Below, piece by piece: positions 20,401 to 32,400 of a stretch of 64,000 nt of DNA. This DNA comes from Rickettsiales bacterium (lineage in GTDB: Bacteria > Pseudomonadota > Alphaproteobacteria > Rickettsiales > UBA6187), in the NCBI GenBank assembly GCA_040507985.1, contig JBEVNR010000057.1:14128-78127 (forward strand), given 5' to 3'. Both the position numbers and the translations under genes were made by a program. Below the pieces are notes generated by a model that was given only the letters and a program-made list of their open reading frames with translations, was not told the DNA's origin and ran no database searches. The stretch's first letter is position 1. Each line of letters begins with the position of its first letter.

Positions 20401-23400
20401 CGCCGCGCCGATTGAATCCGTCCGATACGGCGTAAATCGGCGCGAATCCGTCCGTTTTTTGTCTGGCGTGATAGTTTTTGCCGGATTTATCGCGCCACAG
20501 GGACACGCGTTGCCCATCTCCATAACTCGAGGCTCCGTTGCAATAGACGTCATTCGCGTCCAGCCATAAAGCGGGCGCGTTCGCTCCGGTCACGCTCGCC
20601 GCCGGCCCGGCCCCGGGCGAACACGCGACGTCTTGCGGACGCGCTATTCCCCATTTCGTCGCAAGATAGGATTCGACGGTTTCGATATCGTCGGCAGAGA
20701 CGGGTTTTGCCGTCAGTATCGCCTCTCCAACATAGAGAACGGAGCCGGCGCCGTTCGTCGCGCCGCTCGCGCCGCCGATTCTAAACGCGGCGTTCGCAAA
20801 GTCGTAGCTTGAGAAATTCGCAGCGCCGAGGCGTTCCGTCACGCCGTCGACGCGTAGCCCCGCACGATTATTGGGCGCATGTAAGAAAGCCGTCGCAATA
20901 TGATAGCCGGCGTTCGTTCCTGCGGTCGTTTTGGCGACGGAGACGCTAAGCGGAAGCGCGCCGGCGGCAACGTTGAGCGCGCCCATGTCGGTTGCGCCGT
21001 TTGCCGCGCCCAGCATATAAAACGATCCGTTGCCGTTAAGCGCGCCGCTTATGTACCGCGCCGTCGCATCGGGCTTGCGGAAGACGACGAACGCCGCCCC
21101 GGAATCCGTTCCGCCCAAGTCGGAAACAAGCGTCGGCCCATCATAAAAATCGTTTGCCGCCATTTTTATCACCGACCGCACGCCATGGTCGCGCTTATCG
21201 TACGCGGGAGCGCCGCTTGCCGTTAACTTTCTGCGCGCGCTCGATTTATCGTACCAGTATTGCGCGGTTTGGCCTTGCGTATATTGCGAGGTGCGGCCGG
21301 CGCAGAACGGATCGTCGGCGTCCATCCACATATCCGGCGGCGTCGTCAGTCCATCCAGCGCAGCGTCGTGGGCGCACGACATGCCCACGCCCCAATTGCC
21401 GGAAATTTGCCCTTCGACGGCCTGTATCCCTTCGTCGCTCAAGGCGGCGTCGTAGAGGATAATCTCGGCGACGTCGCCTTTATAGTAATGCGGACCGTCG
21501 CTACCTATCGCCAAATCGCGCTCATAATAATTGAAGGAGGGAACGGACGTGGCGCCTCCGCTCGCGACGTCCGCGCCGTCGATGCGAAGCCGCATGTTTG
21601 CGCCGTCCCGTTGCGCCGTATAGAAATGCCAATTATCCGCAAAACCGCCGGCGGGGACGAATGCAAGGCGCCCGTTGCCGGAAGTCGCGTTTCCGACGTC
21701 GAAAAACAGGCTTCCGCCGCCGGAAAGCGCCGTTATCCCCATATACGCCGGCTCGCCTTCTTCGTCTCCCCACGTGAATATTTTTCCTTCATGGGCGGGA
21801 GAAGCATAATTCGCGAGGGCAAAAAACGTCATGTCGCCGTTTGCGCCAAAGATTTTTCTTCCCTCTACGTTTACGCCCAATTTATTGCTTGTGCCGTTAA
21901 ACCGCACGATCGGCCGACCGTTTAATATGTTCCTCTTAAACGTCGGACGGCGCGAAGAATCGCTCGCATACACGTCCCTTGCCCACCCCGAACGATCTTT
22001 CCACAAGGCGACGGCGGCGCCGTCCGCCAAAGGATGCCGCACCCCTTGGCACGCCAGGTCGTTTGCCGAAATTCGGAAAGTTAAATGCGTTTGAGGTATG
22101 GAATCGTCCGCCAGACAATCGTTGCCGTCCGAATCGCCCGTGGCGTCGCCTTCTTTTGGCGAGGCGTCGTTTTGTTTCTGGTCGATGCCCCATTTTTCCA
22201 GAAGATAGCGCTGAACGACGATTACATCGCCTTGGGACAAGGGTGATCCATAGATTATGACCTCTCCCGCCTCCCCGTCCATCCAGGAAGAATTCCCCCC
22301 TTTGGCTCCGATTCGATTGTCTATGCCGGTCGCCGCATGATTTTTAACGCCGTCGGGCGCCAACATGGCGGCGTCGGCGTTAAATAATATCGCTCTGCCC
22401 AGGGCGGGATCGTATACCACGCTCGCCGCATAGAGCATGAAGGGAGAGACGCTGTCCGTTCCCATGGAAATGGGTCCGCCGGAGAATCCGTACAGCGTCA
22501 AGTCTCCCCGCACCCCTGCGTGGGCGAGCTCAAGCGCGGTATACGATCCCAAAGAAGCGGCATTGCCGCCGGAGACAAGCGTTTGCGCGCTTGTGTTCGT
22601 CGCTTCGCGGAATACCGCGAAAATCGTAAAGGGACTATTGCCGACGGGAACGGTTTCGTCAGGAATATGCAACCAGTTTTGCTCCGACGCCACGAATTTG
22701 ACGGCGTTATGGCCGTTTCGGGTTTCGCGTCCGACGTCGGTCGCCTCCACATAGGGGCGGCGCGCGTCGGTGAGGTGATAGGCATGGCGGTAATGGCCGC
22801 TTTTATCGCGCCATACGGAGAGTTTTTGTCCGTTCGCCGCGACCGAGTCGGATTTGCAATCGCCGTCCAGATCGTCGCCGTCCAGCCACAAGGCAAGGCC
22901 GGTTCCTTTAGTAGCGGGAATCGAGTTCAGCGCGCAATCCCTGTATATGCCCCATTTTTCCTGCAAATAGCGTTGAATTGACGCCGTGTCGCTGCCGACG
23001 CCCGCGCCGAGGCGACGATTAAACAGAATAATTTCCGCCACGTCGCCCTTATAACACTCGCCGGAACAAGCGGTTGCCGTGCTAACCAGACGCGCCGCTC
23101 CGATCGAGTCCATACGGCTCGCCGCGTCTTGCGCCCTAGCGGCGGAAGAAGAGACGAGCGTGCGCTCCTCGCCGTCCACATACATGTTGGTCGTCGCCGC
23201 GCTTCCCCGCACCGTCAGCACGCGCATCGTCTGCGGGAAAAGATTCGCGCCCGTTTTAAGCCGTTGTTCCGTACCGTTCGTATTGTAGTGGCGCATGAGC
23301 GACGCGTCGACGCCGCTTAACAAATAGCCGTGCGTATTAAGTCCGCCTTTTTCCTGCCCATAGATGAATTGTTGCGTGGCGCCGTCTTGTAAATTCGTGC

Positions 23401-26400
23401 TAAACGCCGCGAACAGGGTATAGTTATCGTTATATTTCGGAAAAACGGACTTTCTTATGCCCAAATAATCGTTAATTCCGTCAAAAGAGACAATGTTGCG
23501 CATCGAGCCGTCATTGCCTTGCACGGTGTTTTTCACCACGTTCGGTTTCGCCGCGCCCCACGCGTCCGCGTTATTGCCGCTTTTATCTTGCCAAGCGTCC
23601 GCCGCGCCGGCGGGAGTGGCGTCGTCCGGCACGCAGTCGGCGTCGATATCGTCGGCGTCGAGCCATAACGTCAGGCCGGAGACGTTCGCCAGCGATTTTT
23701 CGGAGCATACGCTCACGATATTCCATTTTTTATTTAAGTATTCTTCCAGGTCGTAGATTTGTCCGTATTGCGCGGACGACAGCGCCGCGTTATAGACCAG
23801 CATCTCCGCGATGGAGCCGTTAAAATAGGCCGACGCCGCCGCGCCGTCGCGCCCGATCTGGTTGTTGCCGCCGGTCGCCGACGTCGACGTCGAGGCGCCG
23901 ATCTCTTGCTTGCGGTTGATACGGATCGTGCGCGCGCCCGAATCGTATCGCGCCACCAACATCTGCGCCATGTCGGGCATGACGCTGCCCCAGTCGGTCG
24001 ACGTAAAGGTTGCGCCGACGCCGATTTTGGCGGTGAAGTCGTCTCCCAATCCCACGCCGAAGCGCCCGCCGCCCGTGCCGCCCGACATAAGGAAGCGATC
24101 GCCCGTTCCCGGCAACGCCTTATACGTCAATATGGCGGCGACGGTGTACGGATCGTTGCCGAGCGGAATGGTTTTATCCTGCATGCGAAAATATTCCCCG
24201 CTCGCCGCGTTAAAGGTGACGGCGTTGCGGTTATTGACTTTTACGCCGTCGATGGACGGCGCCACGCCCCACGACGCGTGGTTGCCCTTGCCGGATTTAT
24301 CCACCCACACCACCACGTCTTGGTTCGGAATATTGCCGTCAGGGGTGCAATCGCCGTTCACGTCGTCGGCGTCGAGCCACATTTTTAAATTGGCGCCGGC
24401 GATTTTCACGGGCGGATTGGTCGACGCGTCGCACGACGACAGCAACGCCCATTTAGAGATAAGGTAGTTTTCCACCTCTTTTAAGTCGACGGTAGAAAGT
24501 GCGCTGCGGTAATAGAGCATTTCGGCGATATGGCCGTCAAAATTGAACGTCTCGAGCAGGTCGCCGTTTTCGTTGCGATGTACGCCCGCGCCGATCCAGA
24601 TATATTGGCTCGCGTTGCCGTTGCGCGACGTCGTGTCGAAGGCCGATCCTATTTCCTCGCCGTTCACCCGCACCATGCGCCCGTCGGCGTTTTTATCGTA
24701 ACGGAAGCTGAGCGCGTAGGGAATCGAGCGCGCGACTTTATAGGGCTTCATTAAAGGGTACGCATTGATCGCGCCGTCGACGCTCGTCTCCCACAGATTT
24801 TCGACCGCGCCGGTCAGGCTGCGATAGAGGCTAAAGACGTTCGGAGCCGTGGCGCCGGCGACGCCGTATTCCGACGAGGCCAGCAAATATTGCTCGGCGT
24901 AGCGTTCGGTTTGCATCACCGCCAGCATGGTGTAGGAATTATTGCCGTTTGGCATAAGCGGATGGTTGGCCGGCGCGACCGGGTTCAGCAACGACAAGTT
25001 TTCGTTGTTCGCGCGGTCGAAGGTGACGACGTTTTTCCCGGCAATCACTTTTCTGCCGACCGACGGCGGCGATTTTGCGCCGGGCGTAGGTGCGGAGGCG
25101 TTAATCGCCCATACGGTGCCGTCCGCGACGGCGTTATATCCGCTGCCGCTTTTGTCCTTCCAAGCGCTTACGTCCGTTTCGGCATAAAGCGCCGCGTCGG
25201 TTTTGCAATTCGCGTCCATGTCGCCGGCGTCGAGCCACAGCGCCAGATCGTTGCTTGGCGCGTAATTAGTCGGGATTTCGGGGCAAAGATAGCCGCCGAG
25301 ATCCCACTTGCCGGCCAGATAGCTTTCAATCGCGGAGACGTTTTTCGCCGTGAGCGTCGAACCGGCATACACCAAGACTTCCGCGATCATGCCGTTCCAA
25401 TAACGATTCGCCCCGTCGTTATAGACGCCGATGCGGTTATTGCCGTTTTGCAGCGTATTATGGGCGGGAGGCGCGTCGGAGGCGACCTGCCTTCCGTTCA
25501 TGCGCACCGTGCGCGCCGCGCCGTCCCACGCGCCGGCGAACATGAACGCGCCGACGCCCATATAAGAGGCCGCATTGGGGCTAAGCGCCGTTCCCTGCCA
25601 ATCGTGGTTCCATAGCTGATTCGTGCCGTTATACCAATGGCCGTTGCCTTTATTGGCCTGGCCGGAGGCGCCAAGCATGGCGAAGCCGTTTTTCGCGGCG
25701 GGCGCCCGCGCATAGCCTATTCCGAACACGTAATATTTCGCGTTGCCGGCGAGGGCCGCAATGTCCGGAAGCGCGAGATTGTCGTCCGTGCCGTCAAAAT
25801 TCATCGCCGGTTTGCCGAAGCGCCAATTCGTCGCATAGGTCGGCTGCAATGCCGCCGTCGATTGCCCGGCGTTATTGCCCTTGCCGCTGCGGTCGCGCCA
25901 TAAATACACCGCCGCGCCGTTTGCGTATTGCGCCGCCTTGCCCTGACAATAGGGGTCTTCCGCATCCAGCCATAATTGCAACCCGTCCGTGACGCCCGTC
26001 GCTCCCGGATCGGACGAGGACGCGCACGCGCTCGTCGCGTCGGAAGAAATTTTCCATTTTTTCGACAAATAATCGTGGACGGTCGCGATTTGCGTGCCGG
26101 TTAAGGCGGTATTATACAGCAATATCTCGCCGACTTCCGCTTTGAGGTAATTCGGATCGCCCGCCGCCGGATTGCCCGCGCCCACCCACAGCGCGTCGTT
26201 CGTGTCTTTAATGGCCGTTGACACGAAATTATGGGTTTTCGTCAATTTGCCGTTTTCATAGAACGACGCCGTGTTGCCGGTTCCCGCGTTGCCCATGTCG
26301 AGCGCGACGGACAGCATCACCGGCTTGTCGACGTTCGGCTTGGGGGAGACATAGCTATACGACGCCGCGCCCGCGTCTTTAAAGAACAACCGCTGGACGC

Positions 26401-29400
26401 CGCTGCCGCCGGTCGCGCCGGTCCCCAGCAGCGAATTAATGCGCCAATTATAGGCGTTGTCCGCGCCTTTCGACAAGAGATAAGCCGGGCGATCCAAATT
26501 CGAGACGCTCAGCACGATAAAGCCGGTCATGTCTTGCGATAGGCTTAAACCCACACTATCGGCGGCGGCCATGTAGTCGCCCCCGGCAAAAACGACGGAC
26601 GGCAGGCTTGCGCCGAAGCCGGACGTCGTTTTATAGACGGGCTTCGCCGCCGCCACGGTTTGGCCGGCGTGGTTGTTGTTGCCGGATTTGTCTTTCCACG
26701 ACGCCAACTCTACGCCGTCGGACAATTTTCCGCCATAGCAGGTCGGATCGGTTGCATCCAGCCATAATTGCAGGCCGCCCGTCACGCCGGAGCCGGAGGA
26801 AGGCACGCACGCCGCCGCCGTTGCGATTCCCCATTTTTGCGCCAAATACGCCTCTATCGCCGGCACGGTGGCAGCGTCCATCGACGTATCGGCATAAACG
26901 AGCATTTCCGCCATCATGCCGTCAAACGTATATCCGGACGTATGCAACATGCGCCCGATGGCGTCAACGTTCGTATTGCTCATATTGCGCGCGCCGGGCG
27001 CGTCCTGCGCCTTGACGGCGCCGTTAATGCGGGTCGTGCGGATCGCGCCGTCCCATGTTAGGGTGGCAAGGAACGGCACGCCGGCGCTGACGCCCGCCGC
27101 CGCCGCCGACACGTCTAAATCCGCTCCCCACCAGGCCTGGCGTAAATTGGCGTTAGAAAATTCAAGCGATAAGTATGATCTGTTGCTTGGCTCGCCCAAC
27201 GCAATGAAATTTTTTGTGGCTACCACGTCGGTTTTTACGACGAGAAAAATATTATAAGCGTTGTTGCCGTTCAGTGCGGAAATCACCGGAAGATTGACGT
27301 AATCGTCCGCCCCGTCAAATTCGACGGCAGGTAGCGCGTTCATGCCGGATTGGCGATAGACCGGCATAAGCAAGGCCGTAGACTGATAGGCGTGATGCGA
27401 GGAACGAGACTTATCGCGCCATAACGAGACGGCGCCGCCGTCGGCGTAGCGCGTCGCCTCTCCAAGGCAATACGGATCGTTTGCGTCCAGCCACAGGCGA
27501 AGCCCTGCCGTTTTTCCGGTATTTCCCGGATCGGCGGAAGAAGTGCAGACGCTTTGGGCGCTTATGCCCCATTTGACCGCCAGATAATTTTCGACCGTCG
27601 CGATATTGACGTCGGAGAGATTCGTATTTCCATAAACGACGATTTCCCCGATTTTTCCGTCCCACCGCTCGCCCGTCGTGTGCAGCGCGCGTCCGACGCT
27701 ATTTATGCCGCTTTGTTGTCCGTTATGGGGGGAGGGCGCGATTTCAGTAATTTTTTTCCCTTCGAAGCGTACCGATAGCTTGCCGCTCGCATTATTCCAC
27801 ACGGCGCCGTAGAGGAAAGGTGCAGTTGTCGCTATTGTATTCTCTTGCGTAGCGACGTCGATATAGGCCCCTGTTCCTCCCCACCCATGTCGCCACGCCC
27901 CTGCCGCATCGTTTAAGGTGTTTTCAATGAAAACGTTGTTAATGCTCGGTGTGCCGATGCTTAGCAACGCCTGCCGCCTTAACGCGTCCGGCTGGGCCAC
28001 CGCAAAAATGGCGTAGGAGTTATTCCCCAGAAGTTCCGGCATGTCGGGCAGGGACAAATACCCGTTCGTGCCGTCGAAATCGAGAACGGGAAGCGCGTGT
28101 ATGCCGGGCGTCGGCGCATAAACCGGCCACGAGCCGTTAAGCGGCTGCGTCGCGTCGTATCCTTTGGACGATTTATCCCGCCACAGACGCACCGCCTCGC
28201 CGGAGGCGTATTGCGCGCCTGTTCCTTGACAGAACGGATCGGCGGCGTCAAGCCAGAGCGCAAGTCCGCCGGAGACGCCGCCGGGACCGGAGGAGAACGA
28301 AGACGCGCAGGCGTTAAAGACGCGCAACGCTTTCGCTATGCCCCATTTCGTCGCCAGATAGCTTTCGACGCTTTTAACGTTGGCGGCGGTTAACGTCGTT
28401 CCCGCATAAACGCTTACCTCTTCGACGGCCCCGTCCCAATATCCGCTGCCGGAGAAGGTTTCGCCGATGGCGTTTAAGCCGTTTTGCAGCCCGTTATGCG
28501 CGACGGACGGCGTTCCGGAGCCGGTCGCGACGCCGTTAAAGCGCGTGGTGCGCGTCGTGCCGTTCCACGTGGCCGCATAAAGGAACGTTTCTCCGGCGGT
28601 AAAGACGACGGGGGTGTTTTGGTCGTTCCCGTACCAATTATGCCGCCAGTTCGTGGCGCTGCTCATGAAATGCACGTTCGATCCGTACAAATTCGTCGTC
28701 GACGTCAGGTTAAGCAGCGATTGCGACCGGATTGTATCGGCATTCGCCACCGCAAAAATGTAGTAATTCGCGTTGCCCAACAACTCCGGCATGTCCGGCA
28801 TGCGCAAGCGGTCGTCCGTTCCGTCGAAATCCACGGCAGGTTTTTCGTTTTGGCGATTCAGACGATAGATCGGGCGGTATCCGGAGGCAGAAATGGCGGC
28901 GTCGTTGCCCTTGCCGGATTTATCGCGCCATATCGCCACCGTCGTGTCGCCGCCATATTGGTTTTCTTTGCCTATGCACAGGGGATCTTCGGCGTCCAGC
29001 CACAATATGTTGCCGGTCTGATAGGGAAGCGGCTGCGTGATCGGGCCGCACGCCACCCCGACGCCCCATTTATGACCAAGATAGGCTTCGTTTACCGCCC
29101 GCTCCGTCGCCGTGACGGCATGGTCGAACAGCACTATTTCCCCGACGTCCACCCTGCCCCAATCGTTATCCCGCGCTGCCGCTATGGAATACGTATCCGG
29201 AGCGAACGCCGTTCCCGCATACGCGTCCTGCGTGATTTGTGCGCCGTTTTTGTAAAGCGTCGCCATGTTTGACGCGAGTCGCGCCGTCCATATCGTAAAA
29301 TCCGTCGGCGTCGCGGCGGTCGCGTCCAACCCGTAGCCCGCGCCGTGCAACCGCAGGGTATTATCCGCCACGGCGTTGCCCAACCCCAGAAAATTCGGTT

Positions 29401-32400
29401 CCGAAGAGACGGAAGCTCCGCCTTGCTTATCTAAGGAAAACACGTAGGCATTGTCTTTGGCTCTATCGACGACCGCCGTCGCCACCATAAGCGTCATGTC
29501 GCGCGAGGCGAAGCCGAACGCTCCTTTGCCTTGCATGCGCTTATTGCCGTCGAAGCGCATGACGGGCAGGGCATTTTGCGCGTTAGCGGTGAAAAGAGGC
29601 GCCGTCGCCGTTAGAGGAGAGCTAGCATATCGGTCGTATCCGGATTTATCCAGCCATAACGTAGCCGATTCGCCGTTCGCATAGGCGCTCGCGTCGCCGC
29701 ACATCGGATCGCCCGCGTCAAGCCATAATTGCAATCCCGCCTTATAAGGAAGCGCGTCGTCTTCGCTGACGCATACGGCGGCGGCCAATCCCCACTTCGC
29801 CGACAAGGCGCGTTCGGCGCCGCGCCTTTCGTCTGCCGACATGGTGCGGCCATAGAGAACGATTTCGCCGATGCGTCCGGAAAAGGGCGCGCTTCCGTCC
29901 GATTTCGCGCCGATGCGCAAACCTTTATTGAGCGTGACGGCGGAAAGATTATACGGCGTCGTCGCCATGTCGCCCGAGGCGTTTATTCCCAGTTGCAGCG
30001 TGTCGGCCGTGTTGTTCCACACAAAACTATACAGCGCCGTTTTTCCGGCCGTATCTTCTTTCGACGCGGCGCCGGTCGTGACGCCAAACGCGACGTTCTG
30101 CTTAAATAGTGACAGGCCTAACGCGCCTTCTCCTTCCGCAAAGCTTGCCGACAGCATAGTTTGCGCGCTTTCGCCGACCGACGGAGCGGCAACGATAAAA
30201 CCGGTAAGATTCGATACGTTCAAGAATTTATCGGCGCCGACGTCAAAAAAATCGCCCGCTTGCAACTCGGCCATCGGTAATCCGTTCTGCGCCTTGCTTT
30301 GCCAACGTATGGCGTTGTTGGCGCCGGCATGTATCATATTCGTCGTCTTATCTTTCCATGTGCCGACGGAAGAAGCCGTCGTCAGCGTGCCCTTGCAATC
30401 GGCGTCGGCGGCGTCGAGCCATAATATCCTGTTAACGGTAGGTAACGACATGTCGTTATAAGAACAGGTGCGATCAATGGGAATTCCCCATTTCGTCGCC
30501 AGATAATCTTCGACGAATTGCCGTTCGTTTTCGGCAATCACGGCGGAATAGACAATCACGTCGCCGATATTGCCCTTAAAGTAGCGCTCGTTGCTGAGTC
30601 CGTTCGCGGAATCGGGCGAGGCGCCGATCATAATGCGTCGTACCGACGCGATATTTGCCGGGCTTTGGTCGCCGTACACCCGCTGATTGCCGTCAACATA
30701 GAGTTTTATTTCGGAATTTTTCGCCGTCAGGTTATATATCCGCATCGCGTCGGTGGTATAGGCGCCGAGCGTGCGGGCGCTTCCCGAAACGTCGTAGCGC
30801 AGCAAATGCGACGTGGCGACGCCGAATTCCAGACTTTGGACGGGAAGCGGATTGGGCGCCTGCGCGCCTTGGCCGTATAGACGCAGCATCGTGCCGGGCG
30901 TCGCCGTTTCTTCGGCGGTTTTCGCGGTGACGAATAACGTTAGCAACGACGAATCCGCCACTTTCAGGTCGACGGAACCCACGGCGCCGGCGCGATGCCC
31001 CGCCACGTCGTCGACGCCGTCGAAGCTAATGGCGCCAAGGGCGCCCGACGTCGCCATTTTCGCCCCGCCGCGCACCGGCAGGCTTGCGCCAGAGCCGGAT
31101 TTATCGTTCCATACCGACACGCTCGCACCGTTTACCGCCGCCTCGCCGGTGCAGTACGGGTCTTTCGCGTCCAGCCATAATTTAAGTCCGGCGGGATAGG
31201 GGAAGGGAATATTGCCCGCGCACGTCGTCGCCGTTTTTTTAATATGCCATTTATTCGCCAGATAGGTCGAGACGGTCGTCAGGTCCGTGTCGCTCAGCGC
31301 GTCGGAATAGAGAATCGCTTCGCCCAGCTGAATGGTATTGTAGGCGTTGTCGTATCGTCCAAGGAAATAGGCGCCCGGGGTGACGGTAGCGCCGACATAG
31401 CCGACGTCGCCCAGTTTTTTCGTGCCGTCGACAAACAGCTCGGCTTCCGTCGCCTTTAAGCGAAGTGCGTATGCCGCCACGCGGTCGGGCGCGTCGAGAG
31501 AGTTTACGCGATTTTTGGCCAGAAACGAAAAGTTTTTATTCGCGGCCGGGTCTATCGCCACGTTAATCCCCGTCGTTTCCGCGTACCCTCCCCATAGACC
31601 GGTCGCCGGCGCGGCTTTGGTTAAGATAAACACGCCGGCGCCGTCTTTGGTGAGATCAAGCAGATCGGCCACGACGAATATCGTCGCCTTGCCGCCCGTT
31701 AGAGTGACGTTATACGTGCCTGAGAGATAATCGTCCACGCCGTCAAATACGAGCGCCGCCTTGCCGTTTAGCGTGTTAAGCGTGCGCGTCGGGGCGTTGG
31801 CGGGAAGAGGAGCGGTTGCGGCGCGGCCTTTGCCGCTTTTGTCGTTCCATTGCGCAAGCGGCGCCGTCGGGGAGGAAGATTCCGCGCAGGCCGACGTCGG
31901 GTCGGTCGCGTCGAGCCATAATTCCATTTTTGCGGAGGGAATGCCGACATTGTCCGCACAAAATCCGGAAATTCCCCATTTCTTGCCGAGATACGATTCG
32001 ATTCGCCCGCGATCCGTGTCGGAAAGCGGCACGTTATACGCCAATATTTCCCCGATATAGCCTTTATAGGCGTTGCCGTTCGTGGGAACGGCGCCGACGC
32101 TGAACTGGTTGGATTCCATCCATCCCGTGGGCGCCGCCGCGTTGGTTGCCGTCAGATTTCCCGAATTATATAACGACACGGTAGCGCCGGAGCGTTTGGC
32201 CGCAACCAAATACGGAGCGCCGGCCGGCGTTGCCGCACTCAACTCTACCGCCGCCGGCGCGTTATATATGCCGAACCGAAGGGCGCCTCCTCCGAAAGCG
32301 AACGTAAAATCGCGGCCGGACGCTATGTCCATGCTAATCAACCCGCCGTTATCGGTAGAGGCGGGACCGCCGGACGCGCTTCCCGCATCGGGATATATAA

